NCBI RefSeq assembly: GCF_009914755.1
Contig: NC_060925.1
Reading direction: 5' to 3' (one strand)
DNA: 64,000 nt
DNA from: the human T2T-CHM13v2.0 reference genome, Homo sapiens
Part shown: piece after piece, positions 1 through 59,726 of the stretch
How the letters are laid out: each line of letters starts with the position of its first letter
Numbering within the stretch: position 1 is the stretch's first letter
Made by a program: the position numbers and the translations under genes
The notes under the pieces: generated by a model
Told to the model about the DNA's origin: nothing
Database searches by the model: none
Seen by the model: only the letters and a program-made list of their open reading frames with translations

Positions 1-951
1 TGAAGGGCACGGCATGAAGGCCAGGTCCTGAGAGCCACAAATTTGGTTTATGCTGAATGGAATGACATTGTTCTGACAACCAAAATAATGGAATAAGATC
101 AAAGTATATCTAAGAGAGCCCTATATGCAGGGGTGGTGGGGAAGGTGGTGGTGCGTGTATGTGCATGTGTGTGTGGTGTGCCAAAGATTGCAACAGTTAC
201 TTTTTCTCATGCCTGTAATCCCAACATTTTGGGAGGTGGAGGCGGGAGGACCATTTGAGTCCAGGAGTTTGAAACCAGCCTAGGCAACATAGCAAGACTC
301 TATCTCTACAAAAAAAATTAAAAATTAGCAGAGCATGGTGACACATGCCTGTAGTCCCAGCTACTGGATAAGCTGAGGCGGGAGAATCACTTGAGCCCAG
401 GAGTTTGAGGCTGCATTGACCCATGATCATGCCCCAGTACTCTAGCCTGGGCAATACAGCAGGACTCTGTCAATCAATTTATCTTCTTTTTGTCCTAATA
501 AGATTCTCCAGGGGACCCGTTTCTTTTTATTGTTATCTACAGGAATATTCCTGTCTAAATAAGAGACCACTGTATAGATTCAGGGTGCCATCTCCTTCGC
601 CAATTCTGGAGAAGCTTTGACGTTATTTCTAATGTCTATATTTAATACTACTAATAATAATTAACATACTATCAATAATTAACATTAATGACTGTTTCTG
701 TCATTATGCCAAATTTATAGATTATTCTACACATTATATTTAGATTACTACCTCCAATCTCCAAGAAAGTATTTTAGGGCCGGGCACGGTGGCTCACGCC
801 TGTAATCCCAACACTTTGGGAAGACAAGGCTGGCGAATCACAAGGTCAGGAGATTGAGACCATCCTGGCTAACACGGTGAAACCTCGTCTCTACTAAAAA
901 TACAAAAATTAGCTGGGCGTGGTGGCACGCACCGGTAGTCCCAGCTCCTCA

Positions 952-1149
<198 letters not shown>

Positions 1150-1522
1150 TCAATTTAATGTTACTTTGTTTCCATTTTAGTGGTTGATATATCTAATTTT
1201 ATCCCCAGATCTTCAGATTACCTCATAATTTGGATCCCAGAGATCTCTACAGACTGATTTTAATGAATATATTCCTTAAAAGTCTTTTTAAACAGAAAAA
1301 GGTTGTGAATTCTATTTTATAATTTGTGAAACAAAGAAGAGAATGTGGCAGGGCATGGTGGCTCACGCCTGTAATCCCAACAATTTGGGAGGCCGAGGCA
1401 GGTGGATCACCTGAGGTCAGGAGTTCGAGACCAGCGCGGCTAACATGGCGAAATCCCGTTTCTACTAAAAATACAAAAATTAGTGGGGTGCAGTGGCGCG
1501 TGCCTGTAATCCCAGCTATTCA

Positions 1523-1660
<138 letters not shown>

Positions 1661-2044
1661 TTAGTAAAGAATACAGCATATTGAGGCAGACTTAAAATGC
1701 AAACTTTAGCACGCCTGTAATCCCAGATAGGACGCTGACGCAGGAGTATCTACTTGAACCTGGGAGGCAGCGGTTTCAGTGAGCCGAGATCGCGCCACTG
1801 CACTTCAGCCTGAGCGACAGAGCGAAACTCGGTCTCAAAAATAAATAAATAAATAAACAAAATAAAAATAAATAAATAAAACGTAAACTTTAAAGTTTTC
1901 ACTGTCTACTCTTTTTATTTAGCCTAATAAATCCTTATAAAATCATATAACAGGAAGAAATTTACATACCTTCTAACTTGCCTGTTTAAAAGACCGTATA
2001 AATATTAAATAGAATTCTTCCAGACGAGTAAATGTCTATATTAT

Positions 2045-2493
2045 TGTGAACCCTGAAAATATGAGACAGGTCTCAGTTAATTTATAAAGTTTATCTTGCC
2101 AAGGTTGAAGACGCGCACCCATGCGCACGGAGGTTCTGACAACAGATGCCCAAGATGATCAGAGCATGTTTGATTTTACACATCTTAGGGAGACGTGAGA
2201 CATCAACATGAACATTGGTTTGGTCCGGAAAAGGCGGGACAACTCAAAGCAAAGGCAGGACAACTTGAAGTGGGGAGGGGGCTTCCAGGTCATAGGCAGA
2301 TAAGAGACAAATGGTTGCATTCTTTTGAGTTTCTGATTACCCTTTCCAAAGGAGGCAATCAGACATGCATCTCAGTGAACAGAAGGGAGACTTTGAATAG
2401 AATGGGAAGCAGGTTTTCCCTAACCGGTTCCCAGCTTGACTTTTCCCTTTAGCTTAGTGATTTTGGGGCCCCAAGATTTACTTTCCTTTCACA
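2045..2493 (-). mobile_element. Solo ERV1 LTR, MER4A-like
   Basis: Minus strand begins TGTGAAAGGAAAGTAAATCTTGGGGCCCCAAAATCACTAAGC and ends ...GGTTCACA; 4-bp TSD TTAT on both sides. Confidence 0.85.
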
Positions 2494-2554
2494 TTATTTT
2501 AGGAGATAGAGAGGTTTCATAGTTTCCTGTTCACAAATAACTCCAAGATTTTAA

Positions 2555-2821
<267 letters not shown>

Positions 2822-4149
2822 TGATCCGCCTGCCTCGGCCTCCCAAAGTGCTGGGATTACAGACGTGAGCCACCGCGCCTGGCCAGAAAATGTTTTTTAT
2901 TTTCAACTGCAGTATTCTTTCATTAAACAGACATTGAGAATTTACTCTGAACTAGACATTTTACCTGATGCTGAGGATATAAATTAAGATTCTGTTCCTG
3001 CCCTTAAATAGAAATTCAGTTTACTACAGGTGCAAATGCCCACATATGAGACATTTAATACATTCAGTAAGAAAGTTAGAATTCAGGAAGTTCCCAAAAT
3101 GTTCAGATAAGCTAAAACAAGCCAGGTGACATTAAATAGCAATACATTTATACACACGCAGGAGGGAAAAAAAGGAAAGTAAAAAGCCTGCTGGAGTATA
3201 AATGGGGAGAGCTCAGGCTAAATAACTACAGATGTAAAAAAGACCCAGGGGATGCAGATGACACCAAATTTAGTAACCATGTGCACTTGTTGCCAAGAAA
3301 GCTAATTTTATGATGGATTAATAAAAATATGCAAAGTCCCCAAAATATTTCCAATTGATTTTGCATCAATCAGATCTCACAGAAGGCAGGGGGTTATCTT
3401 ATTTGAAGTACAAATTAGAACATTTTCATGAGACAATCAAAAAGGTGAAGGATCTGAAAACAATATCAGTGAAGATTTGTCAAAGGGAATAATGATGTTT
3501 AGTCTGTAAAAGAAGCTTAAGTGGGACTTGATTGCTGTTTTTAAGTCTTTAAAGAGCTAGTGTGACAGAGATTGCTAGCTGCTTTTCAGTACTCATTTCC
3601 TTTGTAGTCCTTAGCAATGGAACCCTGCTTTTTAGTGGGGCACTTTGAAATTTCCCAACCTCCTTTGAGATTAGATGGATCATGTGACTAGGCTGTGGAT
3701 GTTGATATATCAGCATAAGTGGTTTGCAAGACTGCCGGGAAGTCTCCTTAATGAGAGGGGTGTGCTCTTTGGCTTTTACTCCTTTGTTCTGCTGCATGTA
3801 GCAGGGTCCTGACTGGCACTCTAGCAGCTATTCTGGATTGCAAGGGCAAAAGTTATGCTCCAGGAACAGTGGAGGGCAAAATGGAAGAAGTCTGGATTCC
3901 TCACCAGTTCATTGCAGTTGTCATGTCAGCCCAATATTGCCTACCTCTGTACGTCTTTTACATGAAAAGAAATAAAATTTCATTTTGTTTAAGACACTGC
4001 TGTTTGGGGTTTCTTTTGTATGTAGTTGAACTTTGGGTACAAAAAAAAACACATATGTTTTCTAAGACTTAAACATTTTTATTTTTGGCCAGGCGCGGTG
4101 GCTCACGACTGTAATCCCAGCATTTTGGGAGGCCGAGGTGGGCAGATCA

Positions 4150-4392
<243 letters not shown>

Positions 4393-4440
4393 TCAAAAAT
4401 GAAATGATCAGCCGGGCACAGCGGCTCACACAGTGGCTCA

Positions 4441-4757
<317 letters not shown>

Positions 4758-5192
4758 CTATCTCTGTATCTGTTTAAATGGAGATATTCAAATGAAGATC
4801 TGTTTAAACTTCTAGTTTCAGAAATGGTGACTATTCCAGGAGGTGAAGATAAAGAAGGTTACCAGACCTCTAAAGTTCCTGTCAGCTCTTAAGATTACAT
4901 GATTTCTCTGGCTGTGGGGATCAGTAGCTCTAAAAAAATTAATTAAAATTAAAAATTTAAAATTTAAAAAATTACAGTTCCTTCTCCCTATTATGTTTGT
5001 GTCCAACTTGAGCTGGCTTAATGTTAGGCAGTCCCCTGGCCATGCTGCTCAGGATCACTTGATTCTATTTTGGAGTTAAACTTATTCTAAGACCAACACT
5101 TCTAAAGTAATAATTAGGCTGCATGATGTGGGTCACACCTGTAACCCCAGCACTTTGGGAGGCCGAGGAGAGAGGATCACTTGAGGCCAGGT

Positions 5193-5836
5193 ATTTATCA
5201 AGACAGGGAAATTGCAATGGAGAAAACGTAATGATCGCAGAGCCAGCAGTGTGGGAGACTGGAATCTTATTATTACTCAAATCAGTCTTTAAAGACAATT
5301 TGTGGGGTAGGGGCTTGGGAAGTGGGGAGTGCTGATTGGTCAGGTTGGAGATGTAATCGTAGGGGAGGGCCAAGTGAGTTTTTCTTGCTGTCTTCTGTTC
5401 CTAGGTAGGATGGCAGAACTGGTTGAGCCAGATTACCAGTATGGGTGGTGTCAGCTGATCCATCCAGTGCAGGGTCTGCAAAATATCTCAAGCACTGATG
5501 TTAGGTTTTACAATAGTGATGTTATCCCCAGGAGCAATTTGGGGAGGTTCAGACTCTTGGAGCCAGAAGCTGCATGGCCCCTAAACCCTAATTTCTAACC
5601 TTGTAGCTAATTTGTTAGTCCTGCAAAGGCAGACTGGTCCCCAGGCAAAAAAGGACTATTATCAATTTCGTTTCGGAGTCAAACCATGAACTGAATTCCT
5701 TCCCAAAGTTAGTTCCACCTACGCCCACGAATGAACAAGGACAGCTTAAATGTTAGAAGGAAGGTGGAATTGATTAGGTCTGATCTCTTTCACTGTCATA
5801 ATTTCCTCAGTTATAATGTTTGCAAAGTTGGTTTCA
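5193..5836 (-). mobile_element. ERV1 LTR, LTR8-like, inserted into an AluJ (Alu halves ~5117-5191 and ~5837-6067)
   Basis: Minus strand begins TGAAACCAACTTTGCAAACATTATAACTGAGGAAATTATGACAGTGAAAGAGATCAGACC; Alu sequence resumes on both sides. Confidence 0.8.
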
Positions 5837-6435
5837 AGACAAGCCTGAGCAACATGCAAGACCCTGTTGCTGCAAAAAAAAAATTTTACAAATTAGCTTG
5901 GTGTGGTGGTGCACACCTGTAGTCGTAGCTACTCAGGAAGGAGGCTGAAGCAGGAGGATTGCTTGAGCTTAGGAATTTGGGGTGGTAGTCAACTATGATC
6001 ATGCCACTGCACGCCAGCCTGGGTGACAGAGCAAGATCCAAGATCAGTCTCAAAAAAAAAAAAAAAAGTAATAATGAAGGAAAACCAAAGAACACATCAA
6101 TGAACTCTTCAGCATAACTAGTAGCATAAAGAAAATCATAATTAACCTGAATAATATGAATAAAACAGGAGTTCAATTGAGGCCTTTCCTACGTGCCTAG
6201 TACAGCTGGTGAATCAAGGTATAGTCCACAATGACTACCCTGCTGAATTTTTTTTTTATTTTTTAAAATGAGAATACTAACACCCCATCCTCTTTCCATC
6301 TTGCCTCTTCCATTCTACTTTCTAACTTCAATTAGTTATAACTTTACTTTTATGTTAATTTTTTTACTATAAATATCTGTGTTTTGTCTATTAGTTGATT
6401 CTTTAAACACTTATTCCTTGAAACAGTAACACCTA

Positions 6436-6678
<243 letters not shown>

Positions 6679-7137
6679 CTACTAAAAAAATACAGAAATT
6701 AGCCGGGCATGCCAGCTACTCAGAAGGCTGACGCAGCAGAATCACTTGAACCCAGGAGGTGAAGGTTGCAGTGAGCTGAGATTTTATCACTGCACTCCAG
6801 ACTGGGCAATAAGACTGAAACTCTGTGCAGGCCCCAATTACTTACTCTTTACTCTTTTTTTTTTTTAACATAAAGTTGCAGCTTTAAACATCCATCTGAT
6901 AACGGGGGGAAACGATAATAGTGGAGAAATAGCATTTGTACTTCAACTTTAAAATGTTAGATATATATGCTGGGCGTGGTGGCTCACACCTTTACACTTT
7001 GGGAGGCCAAGGCGAGTGGATCACCTGAGGTCAGGAGTTCGAGACCAGCCTGAACTATGTGGTGAAACCCCATCTCTACTAAAAATACAAAAATTGGCCA
7101 GGTGTGGTTGTGTGCTCCTGTAGTCCCAGCTACTTCA

Positions 7138-7287
<150 letters not shown>

Positions 7288-7787
7288 TTAGATATATACA
7301 TCTTGTTGGCTGTATCTCTATAGTCACTTTGCTTCAAGACACTACGTGTTGTCACGTGCGTGTGTGTGTGTGTGTGTGTGTTCCTTTCCTTATCCATATG
7401 AGTACTTTTCTGGAGTAGGCTCACATTTTTTGTTCCTATTTCCTTCCTCCACTTCTCAATCCACTGCAGCTTGGCTTTTCAGCCCATTAATCCCAGTAAA
7501 ATTGCTTTTACCAGAATCATTCATGACCTCTTACTTGCATAAGCATTTAAGTCTTATCTCTCTTGGCCTGGTGACCCTGTTTCTCTTTGCATCTCTCTAT
7601 ACCCCTGGTTTCAGTAAAGCACAGTCTCCTAGTTCTCTTCCTATTTCTCAATTCCTTTTCACTCTCTTTCATGGATTTTTTTTTTTCTTCTTTTACACTC
7701 TTTAATATTGGTGTTCCCTTGCTTTTCATTCTCAGCTCATTATACTTTTCATCTTGTATGCTCTTCTTGTGTGACTTAGTTAGGTCT

Positions 7788-8131
7788 TTCTATGGTCTGA
7801 ATGTATGTGTTCCCCCAAAATTCATATGTTGGAACTTAGTACCCACTGTGATTGTATTAAGAGGTGGGGCCTTTTGGGAAACTATTAAGGCATGAGTGGG
7901 GTTAGTGCCCTTATAAAAGATGTTGAAGGGAACTGCCTTGCCTCTTCTGCCTTGTGAGGACACAGCAACAAGGCAACATCTATGAAGCAGAGAATGCTCC
8001 CCAGACACCAAATCTGCTGATTCCCTGATCTTGGACTTGCCAGCCTCCAGAACTGTGAGAAATAAGTTTCTATTGTTTGTAAATGACCCAGTCTAAGGTA
8101 TTTTGTTATGCAGCCTGAATGGACTAAGACA
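7788..8131 (+). mobile_element. MaLR LTR, MLT1A-like
   Basis: tatggtctgaatg...cccaaaattcatatgttg...gaggtggggccttt...ggactaagaca. Confidence 0.8.
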
Positions 8132-8298
8132 GGTCTTACAACCTTGGTTAGCTACAACCAATCACTAGCAACTCCTCTCTCTCCAGTGCTGATATTAATT
8201 TTATATCCAACTGCATATTGGATATCTCACTATGGAGTACCCAATATATCCAGAAATAAATTCATTCTTTTTTTTTTTTTTTTTGAGACAGAGTTTAG

Positions 8299-8596
<298 letters not shown>

Positions 8597-9037
8597 TCAG
8601 TATTCATCATCTCAGTTGTTGACACAATCATCTATCCAGACACCCAAGCCAAAATCCTTGTATCAGATTAAATTCATCCCTTCCTTTTGTCTTTCTATAT
8701 TCAGTTCGTCCCCAGATTTTGCTAATTTTAGCTACTAAATATTTCTATCTGTCCCTGCCTCTAGCCTTGCTACCACTGCTGTAATTTAAGCCTCATCATT
8801 TCTTGATTACTTCAATAGTGTCCTTTTTTTTGAGGGTGGGGGTACAAATTCTATTCCATCTAAAATACCAATTGGACCCAATCTCCTGCTTAGATCTCTC
8901 TGATCCTGTTTCATTATCTGTAAATTGCCTAACCCTTTCGAATGCTATAAAAGACTTAATGTGATTCAGAACTTGCCTAACTCTGAGTTCACTTCATATT
9001 CTAGGAATACAAAACCGTTTTTAGTTGTCTGACATAA

Positions 9038-9232
<195 letters not shown>

Positions 9233-9846
9233 TGAGGAGCTGGGACTACAGGTGCGTGCCACCATACCCAGCTAATTTTTGTATTTTTAGTAAAGACAGG
9301 GTTTCACCATGTTGGCCAGGATGGTCTGAATCTCCTGACCTCGTGATCCCGCCCGCCTCGGCCTCCCAAAGTGCTGGGATTACTGGTGTGAGCAACCACG
9401 ACCGGCATAAACAGTGCTTTCTCTATCCTGTTTAAGAAATGTTTGACTACCTGAAATTATAAAAGTGTTATTGTTTTACCTTTTACATTGAGGTCCACAA
9501 CGTATTTTGATTTTTTTTTTCAGTATGAGTAGGCATCAAGGTTACTTTCTTTCCACATGATATGCATTGCCCCAGCATTACTTATTGACATGTCAAGTTT
9601 TCTCCACATTACTACAGTGTCACCTTTACATAAATAAAATGTTCACATAAGCATCTGTTTGGGAACTCTATTCGATCCATTTTTCTATTTTCTATCCTTA
9701 CGCCAGTACCACAATAATTTTTATAGATGCTTTAGCAGTAATATCTGGGGGTATAAATCCTCCAACTTTGTTCTTTTTCTAGATTGTCTTGGTTGTTCTT
9801 GACCTTCCCAATTTCCATATAAATTTTGGAATCAGCTTGCAATTTA

Positions 9847-9848
<2 letters not shown>

Positions 9849-9886
<38 letters not shown>
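9849..9886 (+). repeat. (CA)n microsatellite
   Basis: Direct observation; other STRs are (TG)n at ~7361 and ~56488, (TAAA)n at ~7244 and ~48660, (GAAA)n at ~4706. Confidence 0.95.
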
Positions 9887-9971
9887 CCTGCTGGTATTCT
9901 AGTAGAGATTAGCCTAAATCTACTAAATCAATTTGGGTAGAGCAGTATCTTTAGGATATCTAGTCTTCCAG

Positions 9972-10688
<717 letters not shown>

Positions 10689-10708
10689 TCATAAGATTTA
10701 TTCCTAAG

Positions 10709-11054
10709 AGTAGTGGGCTGAATCACATCCCCAAAGACATGAGGTGTTAATCCTTGGAACCTATAAGTGTTACCTTATTTGAAAAAAGGGTCTTTGCAGA
10801 TGTGATTAGGGTAAGGATCTTGAGACAAGGAGATGATCTTGGATTATCCAGGTGGGCCCTAAATATCATCACATTGTCCTTATATAAAAGAGGTAGAGGC
10901 TGGAGTGATGTGGCTTCAAGCCAAGAAATGTCAGCAGACATCAGAAACTGGAAAAAGCAAGGAATAGATTCTTACTCAGAGCCTCTGGAGGGAGCACATC
11001 TCTGTTGACACCCTGACTTCAGACTTCTGGTCTCCAGAACTGAAAGAATACGTT

Positions 11055-11086
<32 letters not shown>

Positions 11087-11430
11087 AGACGGAGTCTCGC
11101 TCTGTCACCCAGGCTGGAGTGCAGTGGGGCCATCTCAGCTCATTGAAACCTCTGCCTACCAGGTTCAAAGGATTCTCCTGCCTCAGCCTCCTGAGTAGCT
11201 GCGACTAGAGACACATGCCACCACGCCTAGCTAATTTTTGTATTTTCAGTAGAGACAGGGTTTCACCATGTTAGCCAGGATGGTCTCCATCTCCTGACCT
11301 GGTGATCCGCCCGCCTCAGCCTCCCAAAGTGCTGGGATTACAGGTGTGAGCCACCGCACCTGGCCATAAGTTTGTTTTAAATCACAGAGTTTGTGGTAAT
11401 TTGTTACAATGGCCATAGGAAACTCAAACA
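10709..11430 (+). mobile_element. MaLR LTR, MLT1B/C-like, interrupted by an antisense Alu (~11053-11366)
   Basis: agggtctttgcagatgtgatta...gggccctaaat...gtggtaatttgttacaatggccataggaaact. Confidence 0.75.
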
Positions 11431-11451
11431 CTAGATATTTGAAATTGTTGA

Positions 11452-11771
<320 letters not shown>

Positions 11772-11774
11772 TAA

Positions 11775-11969
<195 letters not shown>

Positions 11970-12355
11970 TAATGCTAGCACATAAAAATTTAATTGATTT
12001 TTATAGCTAACTGTACCCAGCAACTTGCTTAAAATCACTTAATACTAAGTGTGTAGATTATTGTAATTTTATGCATAAAATGATAGACTATCATGCTTTC
12101 TCTAGATAACAGGTTTATGTATTTCTTTCCAATCCTTATACATTTTTCCTTGCCTTTATGCATTGCTGGAATCTGTAGTACAATACTGAAGTACATCCTA
12201 TCTTTTGACTTTATAACTATGAGAAAGTATTCTGTTCCAAATTTAAAATATGCACCTAGTAAAACTTTCAAAAATACAGTAAAAACACCAGCCAAAAAAA
12301 TAAACAACAGCCTTCTAGTTAAATCCAAAGGCCTTTTCTTAAGCCCTTCTCATGA

Positions 12356-12796
<441 letters not shown>

Positions 12797-14972
12797 TAGT
12801 CCTTGTTAGCTATTGGGAAACATTTTAAGGTCCATTATTATTCAGAACCAGGCCAGCTTCAGGTGCTTTCCTTTTCTTCAGGAACAAAACAGAAACCTAT
12901 TATACTTTCCTGTTTAAAAAATGCCATACTCTCCCCTCGCCCAGGTTCTTCTCCTAACTGTGGAATGCAGTCTTCTCTGCGTCTGCCCTTTTGTGCTGTG
13001 CTCGAATGGAATCTTCTCACTTTACTGGTTTTACTAATAAACAGAAGTTACAAAGGTCCCTAAATCTTTCCAACGTTTTGGTTCCTGATCTATATGCAGA
13101 TTCCCTTCTGCAGGAAACTGCATGGAGTGCCACAACATTGGGTGTTAGAAAGCTGGCTGGCTCAGAGGCCTCAGAGTGAGGAGCATTTGACAGGGTCTAG
13201 CTTTTGTGTTACAGGACCAAAGAAGCTGAATCATGTTCATTAGAAACTGCTGCATAAAGACCAACATACCAGTGTATTAATTTGTAATGAAAAATAACGA
13301 CTGTCAAGGAAAATGGCTATTCATTTCATTTGGCCAGGGCATTCTCTCCTTGTAGGAAAACTATACGGGAATTAAAATAATATTCAGAACTGCATTTATT
13401 GAGAAAAGGAACAGAATAAAAGGTCCAGTTTTATGATTCAAATATTTAATGGAATCACATTAAGCTTTAATAGAGAGATGAGACTATCTCTACTACTAGA
13501 ACCAGATAGTTTTGTACACACACAGGAGACTTTTCACTTCAGAAATATTTACTTCCCAGGGTTTTCTTGGCTCAATTCCTGAGTTAGATATATTATTTCT
13601 CTCAGTAAGGTTTGCTCTGGCCAGAGACGTTCATTTCTGGTTTGATCCACTCTGGATTGACCCATAATAGAATTATTACAAGACAGTATTTTCAAGTGTT
13701 TGGAGAGTATCTGCTGAACCCCAATACCGCTCAGCATACATCTGCATACTAGAGGCTCACAGTTAAATCCTCACTTATTTCTACTTATTCGTCAGTGGGG
13801 GGGAAGAAATCAGAAAAAGAGGAAAAGAAAATCATAAACAGCCCCCAATGCCAGGCAGCCTGGCACGCAGCAGATGCCCTCAAATCTGGTGAAGGAATAA
13901 ACGCAGTTTCCTACTCCTTTCGCCGAATGCAATTCAGAAAAGCATTACAGAGCACAACTCCTTCCAGGCTGGAAACGCTGCCAGAAAGCAGCTCTCGCTT
14001 CACCTCTGCCGGGGGACTCCGCCCTCTCCCCCAGCGCTCCAAGCGGAGACCGCAGGTCAGCAAGAACTGAAAACGCGTCTACTGGGCCAGGTCTCATGTT
14101 TATCTTATTTCCCCCTCACTCCACAGCACTCACTCCCCAGCTATTAAAACAGAGAAGAAAAAAAAGGAAAGAAAGATGGTAAGAATAAGACAGTAGGGTT
14201 AGGATCGGGGAGAGGGGCTTCAGCAAAAAACAGTTGCATCGCTCAGCCCCGGAAACTCATCCCGTCATCCCCAGACTCTCTCTCGGGAACTGGGCCCTAC
14301 TTCAGAGATCCAGAAACAAAAATTGTAGCGTCGAGATGGTTAGGGCCGAGTCTACTTCTTTCGCCGGTTGGGCCTCAGAGCCCCAAGGCCGCCCTGCTAT
14401 ACTGCGCGACTGCACCGCGGGCCAGAGCGCGCCCCTAGCTCGAGGCTGCCAGCGGACACCGGGAAACTGAGCGGCCTGCGGGTCCAGACATCTGAGGAAC
14501 GCCGCGCTCAGGCCCGTGCCTGCAGCCCGGTCCGCAGAGGGGGGGGGCCGCTCCCCCCGGTCGCCCAGTCGGGTCGCGCCGGTCCTTTCTCAGGGTGACC
14601 GCGTTCCTTCCGCCCAGAGAGGGCAAAGAGTCCCGCTCCCTCGTGTGCATCTCCCGCCCGCGCTCCGGAGCGCCCCCTAGGAAGAAAGCCCGAGCGGCGG
14701 CCACGCCTCGGTGGCGATTTTATTAGCGCTTGGTTGGGGTGGCCCGGCTGCCTGCGAGCGGGGTTTCCCCGCCCCTCCCCCCTTCCCCTCCCCCCAGGCG
14801 GCCGGAACCTCCCTGCGGAGCGGAGTGATACCGGCGGCGGCGTAGAGCGCGGTGCGGCCGAGGGGCGCCCGGGACTGCGCGGGGCGGGCGGCGGCGGAGG
14901 GAGGAGGGGAGAGAGGCGGGGCCGGGGCGGGTTGTTGTGAGGCGACTGCGCTACTGCCGGAGCGGGGCGGTT

Positions 14973-14990
14973 ATGGCGGCTCCATATTAA
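14973..14990 (+). other. Candidate upstream ORF MAAPY* in the RCOR3 5' leader
   Basis: GTT ATG GCG GCT CCA TAT TAA, with G at -3 and G at +4; requires a TSS upstream of 14973. Confidence 0.55.
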
Positions 14991-15125
14991 CAGCCTCCTC
15001 CTCCTCCGCCGCCGCCGCCGTCTCCTCCTCCTCCTCCTTTCCCTCCCGCCCGCGCTCTAAGCCATCTCCGCCTTCACCCTGACGCCTGCCTCTTCCCCTC
15101 ACCTTTCCCCCTCCCCTGTTCTACC

Positions 15126-59726
<44,601 letters not shown>

